Source: Monocercomonoides exilis PA203 (taxonomy: Eukaryota > Protista > Preaxostyla). Taken from it: a stretch of DNA of 64,000 bases. A model generated the notes under the pieces. The model was not told the origin of the DNA. It saw only the letters and a program-made list of their open reading frames with translations, and did no database searches. Below, one piece after another: positions 46,100 to 59,700 of the stretch. The translations under genes and the position numbers were made by a program. The stretch covers positions 806,001 to 870,000 of the forward strand of contig LSRY02000030.1 of the NCBI GenBank assembly GCA_001643675.2. Reading direction: 5' to 3'. Within the stretch, counting starts at the first letter, position 1. Each line of letters opens with the position of its first letter.

Positions 46100-49000
46100 A
46101 CGTGATTGTTCTAGGTCAATAAAGAAAAAGTCTCTTTCGCTCTTTCTCTCTCTTTTTCTTTCTCATCCTTTTTGTTCACCAATGAACATCCTTTCCATAT
46201 TTTTCCAATCATTCGGTACTCGCTTTCATTCCCACACAATATATACACCAACATGCAACATCCATACAGCTGATTGATGCAATCTTGAGACTTCTGTCTA
46301 GTGAAGCAATCTTCATCCAATGAACAGTCTTCCAAAGAAGAAGAAGAAGAAATTGATTATGACAAGAAACGAAGAAAACACAACAAAGAAGAAGTCCCAA
46401 ATTGGTAGAGATGAAACAGCCAGCGGAAAAGTTGAATGTTCAGAAGAGGAAGATCACTCAAGAACTGTTTCATCAACAGAAGAGAATGAAGTGAACTGCC
46501 TCATCTGCTGGAACATGCAGAACAGAACGTTGTCTGACAAAAGCAGCTGATATCATATGAAGAAAAAAGGGAACGAAGACAACCTGGTGGAAGATATAAA
46601 AGAAGCATCTTCAAATGAAGACGAGGAAAATGAGGTTTGAGCAGTTGAATAAGAATCACTGAAGCACAAATATCTTCTTTCCATTTCAAACAAAATGAAA
46701 ACCTTCTGATTATTCAGAGTTCATCTTCTTTTCATTGCATTCCTCTTCAATCATCCACTCCATTTGATGTCTTTCCATCAATCTCTCTCTTTTCACCTTC
46801 TTCTCTTCTTCTCTTCTCTTCTCTTCTCACTCAAACATAACCACATATCTCGCATTCTGAATGAACAATGTCACCATTCTTTCATTTGTCTGCCTTTTCT
46901 CTTTCAATCTTTCTCTTGTGCTGAAATATCCCTTTATATTCTGCCTCTGATCAGACAAAACAGAGACAAAAACGAAGGCAACGGAACAATCAGCGAAGAG
47001 TCGAGGTTCACAATCGAAGAATGAAGTACTTTCCTGTAAAGAAGAAGAAGAAGAAGAAAAAGGCAATGAAGAAGAACAAAAAGATGATGATGTGTTGTTG
47101 ATGTGGAATAGGAATAGAAATGTATTTTTTCTGAGCGTATTGTTGCTGTTTTGCTGACAGAGATGTGTGAATAAGTTTTGCTTATCTTTCTCTTTTTCAA
47201 TTCACTTTTTCTTTCTTCTTCATCTCTCTCATCTCTTCTCATCTTTTTCTTCTTTCTTCATCGAAATTCCCCGTGTCGGCTGATCTTCTTGAGCGTTTGC
47301 AGGAATGGTTAATACAAATGTTTTCTTCTTCTTTTCTCTCAAAGTTGATTTCGAAGAATTCTGTGTCTTCTCATTTGTATTTCTCAGTCTTTGCTGCTTT
47401 GAAAGGTGGAGAATGTTTCATGAAAGACACCTCATCCTTTCTTTCTCTCTTTCTTCTTCGTCCTCATCTGGAACAGCTTCAATTGCATGATTGACAAATA
47501 CTGCACTTTAAATCCTTTTTACGAAGCACCTTTTTCTCTGCCTTTCTCCCTCTCCCTTTTCACTCTATTTGTGCCTCATTTAATCTTCACTTTTTCTCTT
47601 CATCTTTCCCTCTTTCTTTTCCTCTTCATCATTCTGTTTTCTTCTTGCAAAGTTCTTCTTTCGTTGCCTTCGCTTCATTTCTTCTCTTTCTCTCTCTCTC
47701 TCTCTCCAAAAGCATGACTCTCTCCCCAGAATTGTTCGGTTCTCGCTCTCTCTTCTCTTTCTTCTTCTTCTCTTTCTTCTTCTTTTATTCTGCTTTTCTT
47801 GTTCATATCATTTTTCATTATGTTCCGGTTCATCTCCTCATCTCCTCATCTTCCCTCCTTCCCTTTTCGAAATCCTCCGATTTCAACTCCATTTCAAAGT
47901 TTCTAAAATTCTTTCAAACTTCATTTAATTCTGCGTATTTCTCCAGAATTGTGAATCTTGTTATAAAAGCATCAAAATGGCTGATTCTATCATGCAATCA
48001 ATGGAAATGACGAAGAGGAATGACAAATCACATGAGAAGTCGGATGCATTATGAATTCTTATGCTTTTAGAGTACATTCTGCTCTGACAGAAGCGACTGT
48101 TTCGTCAAACACTCTCAACAATTAAACCAATCAGATTGCCTTTCCTCTCTTTCAAGCTCATGTTAGGCATTGTCTGGTTATGTGGCATGCAAGGCAGATG
48201 GCAGAAGGTTATCATCGTTGAATGTGATGCAAAAAAGAATTGCTTCAAAACCTTGAATCTTTTGAAAAAGGATAAAAAGGCTTTTTTCCATGACATTCCC
48301 ATTCGTGGCCAATCTGTATTCATTCAAAGAACACTTTCAGAGAAAAATGAACAAAACAAAAAAAATCAAACCAACTTTTTGGTCTCGAAATATTTTCTCA
48401 CTTCTAATTGTTGGTAATCATCAGCCCAGCTGACTTTCTTGCTCTCCAAAATTGCCTCTTGCCACATAAAAAAAACAGACTACTGGATAATAAATTGCTG
48501 ATACAGAACATCATCGAGCATACAGAATCTTTTGTTAAACAGATAATGAAGTAAAGTGAAAGATTATATTCTCCAAATAATCAAGAAATCATCTCTTTTT
48601 CAAAGACTTATTCAACGCCAAGTCTTTGCTGATGGCATTCCAGCAGATTTCGTTCAAAATGTCAATGCGATTGTTATTGAGGCCTGCTGAGTGTCTCGCT
48701 CTGCTCGCTTCTTCCATTATTCAATCCCCAATTCCCTTTCCTTTTCCACAAAACAAACATTCTATAAAAAATCACTGAAAACAAGTCCTGCGCAAAAGAT
48801 ATGCCAAGTGCACTTCATTTCCATCGAAATGAACAAGGGGCGCAATTCAATCTTTTGGTTGTTCTCCTCGCTTTTTCTGCATCTTACTTGTGTTATTTTT
48901 CATTCAAAATATTGAAGCTGATGTCGCGTCATATGTTTTGTAATATATAACCAAGTTCAAATCTCATACAATTTTACCCATCAATTCACTTTTCGCAAGC

Positions 49001-49150
49001 AATCGATGCAAACATCCACTCGCTCCTTCATCTGCAAGCAAAATCCCTGTTCTTCTGCAGTGCAATAACTCACATGATTGCATCTGTGTCCGTGTGATCA
49101 AGCATCTCAGACATTCTCATATTGAAGAAAAACATCAAGCAAAAATCTTC
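46100..49150. pseudogene. Decayed coding-like sequence, including an E/K/R-rich minus-strand remnant around 47500-47900
   Basis: Only short broken ORFs with strong purine strand bias; no recognisable domain. Confidence 0.3.
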
Positions 49151-49513
49151 ACTTATATAATTATAGGTTGAAAACCCTTATTTATTTGCTCAAAAAGGAG
49201 AATATTTTTTTTCTCTGATTTGCTTGTTTTGATGCAAAAGTCATTGAAGGAAAAAGAGGTTTAGACTCCTGTGCTAATGTTCATTATATTTGTTAATTTT
49301 AATTCTTTTGATGCGAATTTTTAACAACAACTCTGAAAAACGAATTTATTTGTAATTTTTGATTCATTTTGTCATTACACAGTCGAATTCAAAAAGTCAA
49401 ATTTTACAAAGTTTGCAATATTTTTGTAAGAAATGAATGGTTGAATGAACAAATGATGTTTTTTAATTTATTTTATAATTTTCAATTTTTTTTCAGAGAA
49501 ACTCTCTCAACTG

Positions 49514-50811
49514 ATGAATTCTACTGAATCCGAGCAGAAACAAACAATTATTGAAATAAATGAAATGATTGATGAAATGTATAAATTTGAATTATGTTCT
49601 ATTTTCAATGTTGAAATATTCAACAAAATTCATGAAATGATTGAAAAAAAGAAGTTTCCATTGGAGAATACAATTCTGTTATTGAAACATGTTGGATTTT
49701 GGAATGTGATGGAACATTTGCATATTTGTGGGTTTGTGGAATCTTCGTTGAGCAAAAGATTTGAGAAGATGATAATTGAAGAAGAAAAGAAAACAGAGGA
49801 AAAGAATGAAAAATTACTTGTTGACCTTTGCGAATGCTATCTTTTGCTTAAGGAATATCCTTCTCTGAAATATATATCAATTTGTTTGCCTTTCCTTCTT
49901 AAAGTTGCCTCGGAGAAAGAGGAAAACGAGGAGACTCAAAAAGAAGTGGAAATGGCTTTATTTGCATTAAGTAGCATCGAAGGATATTGTGTTTGAGCAT
50001 TTCAATTTTCTTTTGACATTTTTCAATTTTTTTCTAATTTTTTTCATAGGAAGTTAAAAGAGAATTGTATTTGAATGAAATCAAAGAGATCATTCAATAT
50101 CATCAAGAGCAACGCAATCTGACTCAACTTGCATATCAATCTGCTTGGATGTTTTTAATACACAGATTATGCCGCGATGAACACTTCGAAAGAGTTTTTG
50201 TGAACGAGCTTCATTTCTCAAGAGAGGCAAGAAGAGAATTGGAAGAGCTGGCAAAATGTGCGGATTGGAAGAGAGGGAAAGGAAATGAAGGAGAAAAAGA
50301 AGCAAAAGAAGAGCTTATTTTGATTGGATGGCTCCGAATATTGGGGCTTTGTCTTGTATTATTCCAATCGACGTCTGAAAAACATATTCTTATTGGAGGT
50401 ATTGTTCATGTATTTCGAGCAGCAAAGGACAATTATGGAGATATATACGAGAATTGCTTTAATTTGCTTGGGGAAACAACATATCAAGGAGCCATGAAAG
50501 TTGATTACTTGTTGAAAGGCGGAGCCATTAATGCTGTTTTGGAGGAGATGAAGAGGCCAACGCTGAATAATAGTATGAACTGTGAATTCTTAGAATTTTT
50601 AGATTCAATTTCGGAGGAAATCAAAGATAAGAACATATTTGAAAGGAAAGACGCGAAAAGAAAAATAGTCAAAATGGAGTTATGTGAAAAGATGGAAGAA
50701 GAAGGATACGAAGACATCATTACAAGCTTTTATGGAATATTAATGTATTTTCAAAGAAATTATTCTAGTTTAACAGATAGGGATCTTTCTGATTTTTTAG
50801 TGAGCTTTTGA
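49514..50811 (+). CDS. Hypothetical alpha-helical protein, probably from a lineage-expanded family; intron 49991-50049; 5' end uncertain
   Basis: A phase-0 intron gtttga...tcatag joins SSIEGYC to EVKRELYLNEIKEII. An upstream acceptor-like tttcag at ~49496 suggests a further exon. Confidence 0.75.
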
Positions 50812-51557
50812 GAAAATACATTGAATTTTGTAACTCTCTTTTGATTTTTCTTTCTTTTTTTTATTTATCTCACAAAATCGAAAACATTTGAGCAAATTTT
50901 AAAAAACTTTTTTTCTTAACTTTGAAAAGAAGCCAAATAAATGAATGAATGAATAAGTTGAATTAAAAAATAAATAAAAATAAATAAAAAGAGTGAAAGA
51001 AAAAGAAAAAAATCGTAAGAAAAATATGTAAAACTTGCAAAATCTATTTGTAAAAATGCTGAAGTTTATTCCCTGGTTTTCAGCAGCTGGAAAACAAAAA
51101 AACGGACCAATAAATGTAAAAGACTCATTGAAAAGATGACCATTTGTATAGAAGGATGTTTCACTATCTTTGAATCGCATCAGTTTAATTTATAGAGTTA
51201 ATAAATATTTTGAAGTTCAAGGTTTATTTCCGGATGTAATAATTTTGTTTTTTCTGATTATTAAATTTCCTTTTGTTTTTATTCAATGGAATTCTTACGA
51301 ATCAAAATCGTAAGAGTAATATTCTCAGCATTAAATTTCTCAAACATTAATTTTCATTTGCCCATAAATTTGATGGAAATGATAGGCAAAAATCAACATA
51401 TTTATAATAAAACAAATTAAAAAAAAAATAATGAATATCCGTTCATATTCTTTCGCGATGAAAATAAATGCAAAGAAAGTGAAGTGGGTAAAGGCAAAAT
51501 AATGAGGAATAAATGAGTTTAAGAAAAAACACGTGAAGAAATTAGTACCGTATTTGC

Positions 51558-54500
51558 TTACCCTCTGCCTCCAAATCCATCATCGTCATCTTCTGGCGGA
51601 GGGGCAAGATCTTCCTCATCCATTCCCCTTTTCCCTTTCTTCCCTTTCTTTCCTCCTTTTGGTGCTTCTTCTTTCACCTCCTCCTCTTTGACTTCTCCTC
51701 TACCTCCAAATCCATCGTCCTCATCTTCTGGTGGTGGAGCAAGATCTTCTTCTTCTTCTCCTCTCCTCTTCTTTCCTTTCCTTCCTTTCTTTTCGTTCTT
51801 CTTTCCTTCTTCTTTATCTTCAGTTTTAATCTCCCCTCTTCCTCCAAATCCATCGTCCTCGTCTTCAGGAGGAGGAGCAAGATCCTCTTGTTCTCCTTTC
51901 TTTCCTCCCTTTTTCCCTTTCTTTCCAGATTTCTGCTCTTCAACATTCTCTTCCTTCTTAACTTCTCCTCTTCCGCCAAACCCATCATCATCATCTTCTG
52001 GTGGAGGGGCAAGATCTTCTTCCTCTCCTCCTCTCTTCTTCCCCTTCCGATCTTTCTTTCCTCCTTTTGGTGCTTCTTCTTTCACCTCCTCCTCTTTGAC
52101 TTCTCCTCTGCCTCCAAATCCATCATCATCATCTTCTGGTGGGGGTGCCAAATCAACATCCTCCTTCCCTTTCTTCTTTCCTCCTTTTTTCCCTTTCTTT
52201 TCTGTCTTCTGTGCTTCTTCATTCTCCTCCTTCTTGACAGCTCCTCTTCCTCCAAATCCATCATCTTCATCCTCCGGTGGAGGAGCAAGATCCTCTTGTT
52301 CTCCTTTCTTTCCTCCCTTTTTCCCTTTCTTTCCCGATTTCTGCTCCTCAACATTCTCTTCCTTCTTAACCTCTCCTCTGCCTCCAAACCCATCGTCCTC
52401 GTCTTCTGGAGGAGGCGCAAGATCTTCTTCTCCTCCTCCTTTCTTCTTCCCTCCTTTCTTCCCTCCCTTTTTGCCTTCTTTCCCTTCGTTCCTTTTCTTG
52501 TCCTCTTCTGCTGCTTTCTTCCTCCTTTCTTCGTCTTTTGACTTCTTCGCTTTCCTCTCCTCTTCCTGCGCCTTGTTCAACGCATCCAAATCTGCCTGGA
52601 TCTTCCGCAGCCTCTCCTCCTCTGCTTTAATACTCTTCTCTTCTTCCTCTTTCTTCTTCCTCTCTGCCTCTTCCTTCTTCCTTCTCCTCTCCTCTTCTTT
52701 CTTGCGCAGAATCTCTTTCTCTTCTGCAATCTTCTTCGCTCTTTCCTTTTGCCTTTCTTGTTCTTCTTTCTTCTTTCTTGCTTCTTCTTCTTCCTTCTTC
52801 TTCTTTCTTGCCTCGGCTTCTTCCCTCTTCTTCCTCTCTTCCTCTGCTCTTTCTGCTTCCAGACGCTTCTGCTCCTCCAACATAAGCCTCCTCCTCTCCT
52901 TCTTCTGCTCTTTTCTGATCTGCTTCCTCCTTTCTTCTTCAATCTCCTCTGGTGTCTTTGTCACGCCTTCTTCTCCTTCTCCTTCCTCCTCTTCTTCCTC
53001 GTCTGCCTTTGATGGCACAGACGATGATGATGCTGATGCTGATGATGAAGCTGATGCTGATTCTGACGGCACATTCGACGACGATGCTGATTGCGAAGCT
53101 TTTTGCTTCTTTTTGCTCTTTTCTGCTTCTTTTCTGGCTCTTTTCTCTTTCGCGGTTGATTTGTCCTCCATTTCTGCTCTTTCTTTCTCTCGGAAATATT
53201 CTATCTCTGGAAGTATGTTGCACATACGAATCATACCATCTTCAGAACCAGATGCAATTCTTAGTGAATAATATTAAGCATTAATTTTTGTTCATAATCA
53301 TCGCATTCGAATTTTCACCACAAATTTCACAATCCAATAAAAATAAATGAATATTCAAAATTAATTAATTCATTAATAAAAATAAAAATAAAATTAATAA
53401 ATAAATCGTATTTCTTTCATTTATTAAAAATTCAAACCTTGTTCCGTCATTCGAAACAGCAATGGTGTTTATTGGACCAATGTGACCTTTCAACGAGCCA
53501 ATCATCTCTTCTGTTACTAAGTCAAATATGAACAGACGGAATTTATCAGCAGATGTTATTGTTGTTGTCACAGTTGATTTTTCTTTGGTTCCTCCTCCAA
53601 TCACAAGCTATTTCAAATTCACATTTTAGAATATGATATGTTGAAGTTATTTGTTTATTTTTTTAATTATTGAAAAAAAACATTAAAGAAAATTTCGAAT
53701 TTAAAATTTTAATAAATAATAAAGCATACATATTCTTTTTCCAATGAAAAATCACCTGCAGATAGAGGAATTGTGCCCGTATACTTTCTTATGACTTCCA
53801 AAGTGTTGGCATCCCACAATTTTGCTGTTCCATCAAATGACGTTGATAAAAACGCTGTTCCATCACTGGATACTTTAATGGACGTTGTACGTTCCGCATG
53901 TGCATCAAGTTCCAGCTTCATATCACATGTTTTCACATCCCAAACAGAAATTTTTCCGTCTGGATGTCCAAATATCACACTTTCGTTCAATTGTACCCAT
54001 CCTCCACAAATGACTTCATCAAATCCAGTTACCATAAACGCCTTTTCAGGTCTAAATTCCTCACTAGATTCATCGGATAAGTTCGATAGATCCGGAAAAT
54101 CGATAATATAGCACATGCTTGGTTGACGGACTTTTCCACTTACGATCATAATCCGACTATCTCCAAAAGAAAGCTTAAATTATTAACAAAATTTCTGGTA
54201 TTAAACAGTTAAATATATATATGTTTAAAAACCTTTACAAGTCTGACAGGAGCTCCAAGTTCCCAGCTAAGCAAACGCTAAACATGTCACACATCAAATG
54301 GATTGAAAAAGTGAAAACAAAAAACTACAAACTCTTCCTGTAGACACTTCCCAAAATTGAACGTTATATTCTCCTGTTCCAGTTATCAAATATTTTGTAT
54401 TTTCTATTTTTTGAAAAATTCATTTTTTAATCAAAATTTTCGAGTAGAAAATCAATATACGAATAAAATACATACGAGTAACTGCTATACTGAAAACTGC

Positions 54501-54677
54501 TCCATTTTCGCCATCTGCCTTTCCAGCAGATTGCCCATTTCTTGACCACCAAAATGACACTTTGTTATCTGTTGAAGCAGTGAACAACAAATCTGAATCA
54601 TAATTAAAAACTATATCATTGATGGGCCGACTATGTCCATGAAAAACATAGGGCGTTATCCCTCTCATCACCTCCAT
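51558..54677 (-). CDS. eIF3i: Translation initiation factor eIF3 subunit i (WD40) with ~560-aa charged, repeat-containing C-terminal extension; 6 exons
   Basis: HGHSRPINDIVFNYDSDLLFTAS...NG...GAVF and IGSLKGHIGPINTIAVSNDGTR|IASGSEDGMIR match eIF3i/TIF34 terminal motifs. Five phase-compatible GT-AG introns; the last (53437-53260) joins the WD40 part to ORF 51558-53234. Confidence 0.88.
51561..52430 (-). repeat. Seven coding tandem repeats (~44-47 aa) DLAPPPEDxDDGFGGRG + K/G-rich linker
   Basis: Counted in the translation; units 1/4 and 3/6 are near-identical. Confidence 0.95.
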
Positions 54678-55015
54678 TTTTATTGATTAAACTGAATTAG
54701 GGAATTTATTTGCTTTCAAAAATTTTATAATAATTTAGATCAACATGAAACATATTTTTAAGGGAATTATATGAGATAGAAATAAATTTTAGAAAATTGC
54801 TTTAACTTCAATGTGACAATTAAATCATATTATAAGTGTCAAATTACAAACTATTTTGAACACTGGTATTTCAAAGAAAGCAAATTCTCAAATTTTAATA
54901 TCTTCCATTTTTCATCATTATTTATCTATTTATTGCATTTATCGAAAAATTATGAATTTTTCATTTGGGATGAAATATCAGGTTTTGTGAAAAAAATAAA
55001 AATTAGTTCCAGTTA

Positions 55016-55678
55016 CACCAAAAATTATTCAACATCGAAAAAGTTTAATTCAAGATCGAAAATTATTATTCGAAATCGGAAAACTTTAATTCGAAATCGA
55101 AAATTTTTTGTCTTGAAATATATTGAAAAAAATTTCAAAATTCAAACTCATGTCAGTTGCTTTTCTTTCAGTTATTGATCTGAGAAATTTGTCAATTTCA
55201 ATTTGAAAAAATTTTTTTGATGTTTTTTTATTGTTTGATTGTGCACAATTGCGTGAAATTTCAAACTGAAATAAAATGTTTATTAACTCTTCACATGTGC
55301 TCAGAATATAATAAGCAATTTTTGCGAAAAATAATAGTGATAGGATAGTTCATGATCTTGTTTTGTGCACAAAATATAAAAATTCATTTCATTTCCTGAA
55401 AATAAAATGTTTTGTTTTTCATTTATTGTATTGGAAACCGATGGAATAAAACATTTTCAATCTTGAAAATGATCAAAGAAACAATTGATATCAGTCTTTA
55501 TCATAGAAAACAGTTGTTTAATAAGAAAGAAAAACATTATTAATTAATAAACATTTGTCACTATTAACACTTGTTTCAATAAAACTTTTTTGGTCTTGAC
55601 TTTAATTGAAATTATTAACAAATTATTAACTTTTTCGATTTTGAATTAAAGTTTTTCGATCTTGAATAATTTTTGGTG
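55016..55678. mobile_element. ~660-bp MITE (Tc1/mariner-type ends) with ~21-bp subterminal tandem repeats
   Basis: ta|caccaaaaattattcaa.atcgaaaaa.tttaattcaa.atcgaaaa at left and its reverse complement ending gaataatttttggtg|ta at right. The attc.a.atcg.aaa unit occurs 4x left and 2x right. Confidence 0.8.
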
Positions 55679-55863
55679 TATTTTTTGTAATTAAATCATA
55701 ACAAGTGTTATATTCAAATGAAGAATAAGTATTGAAAATTGATAAAATGAAGATAAATGAAAGAAATTGTTGAGTGGAACAAAATTCATAATGCAAAAAA
55801 TTTATTCCCATTTGTTTTTGACACCCATTATTTAAATAATTCAACCAAAACCAACTTATCAGA

Positions 55864-56339
55864 ATGTTTTCTGATTTATACTTGCTTAAATCTGAAAAAG
55901 AAGAAATTGAGCGAATTGACGATGCACTGATACAACATTTAAAAAGGTTATTTTTTTCTTTTATGTTGATTGAAACAAGTTCTTATCAAAATAGCACAAA
56001 AAATGAAGCAGAAGAAAATGAAAGAAAATGGCTTGATGAACACATTAAACTTCATGGTGAAATTTTTACTGCAACTTATATTCCTGACAGTTAGCGAATT
56101 TTTGTTTATTGTTTATTTTTCTGAATCAATTCATTTAATTTAAACTTTTGTTGCAGAACCAAGGTTTTTCACTGTTCAGAGCACTAACAAATATGCCCAA
56201 AGTCTTGGAAGGAGTGCAAAACTGATCGATGCGACGGAACTTGTATTTAGTAATATTGCTGCAACTGAAAGAGCAAAACGAACTTTTGAATTATCGTTAA
56301 GGCCATCAGCTAAAAAAGAAAATACAATAAAAAAATGAG
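55864..56339 (+). CDS. Small hypothetical two-exon gene or remnant
   Basis: ORF 55864-56094 can be spliced through gttagc...ttgcag (56090-56156) into KPRFFTVQSTNKYAQ...KK*. Confidence 0.35.
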
Positions 56340-56777
56340 AGAACAATTTTCATATTAAATAGGAAGACACAAATTATGATGAAATTTCTCGGTATTCGTG
56401 TTTGATGCTTTGAGTCGAGAGTTTATCACAAATAATCCTTGAGAAACTAGCTGAGCATCTTTTACAAACATTTTGGTAATAAGCATTCGACTTTAAAAAA
56501 GAATTTTGCTGAAAACCTTGCTTTATCATTTATATTGCTATTTTGATGGATTAAAGCTGAATTATAGTTATATTTTTTCAAATTTTATAAATTTTATTTC
56601 CATTCACAATTCCGTGAAAATTGAACAAATTAATATTTTTTTTTTTATTTGCATCTGACTATTATAATAGTTGTAATATATTGAATCGAATGCAATTATG
56701 AAAAATCAAGTTCAAAATTTCTTTCACCCGTTATAAATATTTTATGATTATAAATTACATCTTTAATTTGTTGGAGC

Positions 56778-59700
56778 ATGTTATACATTAATATTTTGCT
56801 ATTTTTATCTATAAATAGCAAATGTCTTTGTGAATGTTCCACTCTCACTCGGCATCCAATACCCAGACATTATTATTTTGCGTTGATAATTCAACCTTGA
56901 GATTACATAAGCTATCCTTTTTAACAGTGAAAAATGAAAGCATTGCATTCTTCAAGAAAAATACATTTGCAGAGCTTGTTAATTGCGTTCTTGCTCCTTC
57001 TTCATTGGGAGTTAACAGTCCATTTTTTACTTTTGACAGTACCTCGCAGTTTTACAATTTTACAATTTTAACGAAGCAAATTCAAATAGCTTATACGCCT
57101 ATTTTAAGTGAGCTTTGCACAAATTCTGAAATAAAGACTTCTACTGGAAGTTCAGCATCGTTTTTTGATTCAAAATTTTCTTCGTTAACAATTGCAGCTC
57201 CCTGCTCCTTGCTTTCATGCTATGCAGTTAATTCAGTCGGTATATTTCATTGTGAATTTAGGAATATTTGTTCAACTGCGAATCATTATGCAAATGATGA
57301 TTCTTCTTGCATTGTTTCAATTAGCAGTTGCATTTTTTCTGCTGTTGAAAATCCATTTTATCATACAATTATTGATTCACGATTTTCGGAACAATTAAGC
57401 GCTTCAAATTCATCTTTCGAACGATGTACTGTACTTTATCAAAACCGTACATACATGTCAGGAGGAACAAAATCATTTCTTGATATCGCCTTTTCATTTA
57501 ACGGAGGCTATGCTCAAGGAGGGGCAATCTGTGCAAAAGGTAGTTCTGATGTATCGATTGATAACTGCTTATTCGACAAATGCAAAGTGATTGGTTACGA
57601 TAACTGATCTGGCAGAGGTGGAGCTTTGTTTTGCGAAAATGGAAAAAGTGTTGTTTCTTACTCAAATTTTACAAATTGCACTGGAAACTACGGAGATGGA
57701 GCTATTTCTTTTTGGTTTGGAGCAAAGTGTATTTTGCATAAATGTCAAATTGTTAATTGCAGCGGTTTGCGTCATTTCGGAGGAATGAATTTAGAACAAG
57801 CACCTGAAAAGGAGTCTCAAATTTCAGAATGCGAATTTTCTCATTGCTTGTGTTCAGGCAGTGATGGTAATTGCGTTGGCTGTGGAGATGCAATTGGAAT
57901 AGTTTTTTCACCGAGTCATCTGAAGATTTTTAGCACCAAATTCATGAACAACTTAGCGAATAGAAACGGAGGTGCAATCATGTTCTACTTAGCTCAACAA
58001 ACATCTTCGTTTGCATTCCGTTTTCTGTTTTTCAGTAACAATTCAGGGCGGAGTCAAGGAGGAAGTGATATTTTCTCAGACAATAATTTTGCTGGAAAGT
58101 TGAATTCGTCTCAGTTTGAAGCATGCTATTCGTTTTCGGTGGATCATCGCTTTATATACTGCAGCGGCAATGGATATTATGGAAGCATTTCAAACAGACC
58201 TGATTGGCTCCCGACTCCGAGTTTTCCGAACCTTTATGTGAAAAATGGAAGGCATGACACAAATGATTGTGGCAATTCCACCGAAAACAAGGAGTGCGAA
58301 ACATTTAGATTTGCTATAACCCGCTGGACACCCATATTTGACCAGAAGATTATTATCAACGAGGGAATTTACACTGAGACCTCACTGAACATTTCAGACA
58401 GAGTGATTGTGGCAGTCTCCCGAACATCAATTCCAAAGATTGTCTCAAACGTTGATTCTGGCACATTTTGTACGATCACAAACGGATCGTTTTTCGCTTC
58501 AAATTTTATTTTTGTGCACAACTCGTCAGCTTCTTCAAATGCGATATTGTTTTCGATAAGCGAAGCAGGTGGAGTGCTGAAGCTTGTCAAAAGCACAGTG
58601 ACAGCTGAAAGCGGACAAGGCACTTCCTTTTCGAAGTCGCTTTTTGTGATAAACGATGGACATTTAATCCTTGACCAGGCTACAATCACAACAATAAAAA
58701 CTTTGATGCCTGCTTTATCTCTTATTTCTCCGAGGGAATTTACTACAACGCAGACAACGTTTTCTCAAATCAGTCGAACAAACGGGAATGGCAGCATCAT
58801 CGAAGTCACGCTGGAGACAGGGAAAACTCTGTCATTGGTTAACTTTTCTCTTACTGAATGCAGCTGCAGCGAAGGAAATGGAGGAGGAATGTGGGTTTAT
58901 ATGAAAGCTGGCTCATCTTTCAGCCTGGGAAATGCCACTGGTGCGTCTGTTTCTGGTAGAAAGTCCAATGCGAATGAGGTCATGGGCTTCACATCGTGTG
59001 CAGCAAACAGCGGATCGCAGCCGAAATATGGTTGCGGTGGAGGAGTGTATCTGTACTTGGAGAACAATGCAAATAATTTCATGTTCAAACAAGTGTCTTT
59101 TAGTGGCTGTACTGCACAGAGAGGTACAGATATTTTTATTAACGCAAATGATCTATCAGCAGTTATCACAAATGCAACTATTGCGTTCGGACCTGATCTT
59201 TCCAGCAGTGATGAGCTTCGTGGATATGACAGATTATCGTTGGCAGAAACATTCGCCATTCCTTTGCTGATTTATCTGAAGCCATTTACAAGTCCAGCTT
59301 GTGTTGGTGGCTCATTCAAAGCAGATATCAATAAGTGTGGATTTCCTTCGCTCCCATGCTCAACAATTAACTTTGCAGTAACTGCACACTTTTCTTCAGC
59401 GAAAGTTGAGATCCTGCTTGTTTCTCCTTTCAGTTTCGATGCAGAATTGAAGATAGAAACGAATGAATGGGATATTTCAACAGCAGCGCAGGGAACAGTG
59501 TTTGATGTCACTTTTATTTCACAAACGGCTCAAGCAGGATTTATTGAGTCATCCGTTTTATTGACAATAACCAACATTACTTTTTCTGTTCTTCAGTCAC
59601 TCACAATCCAAAAGACACTTTTTCTTTGTTCTTCAAATACTTTGAATGTCATTAACTGCGGATTAACAACAGCTGCTGGAATTCTATCGATTAAATTTTC

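Noticed and set aside
51688-53271. 527-aa and other antisense ORFs over the eIF3i tail and the receptor genes
   Set aside because: Shadow ORFs produced by purine-rich, low-complexity sense codons.
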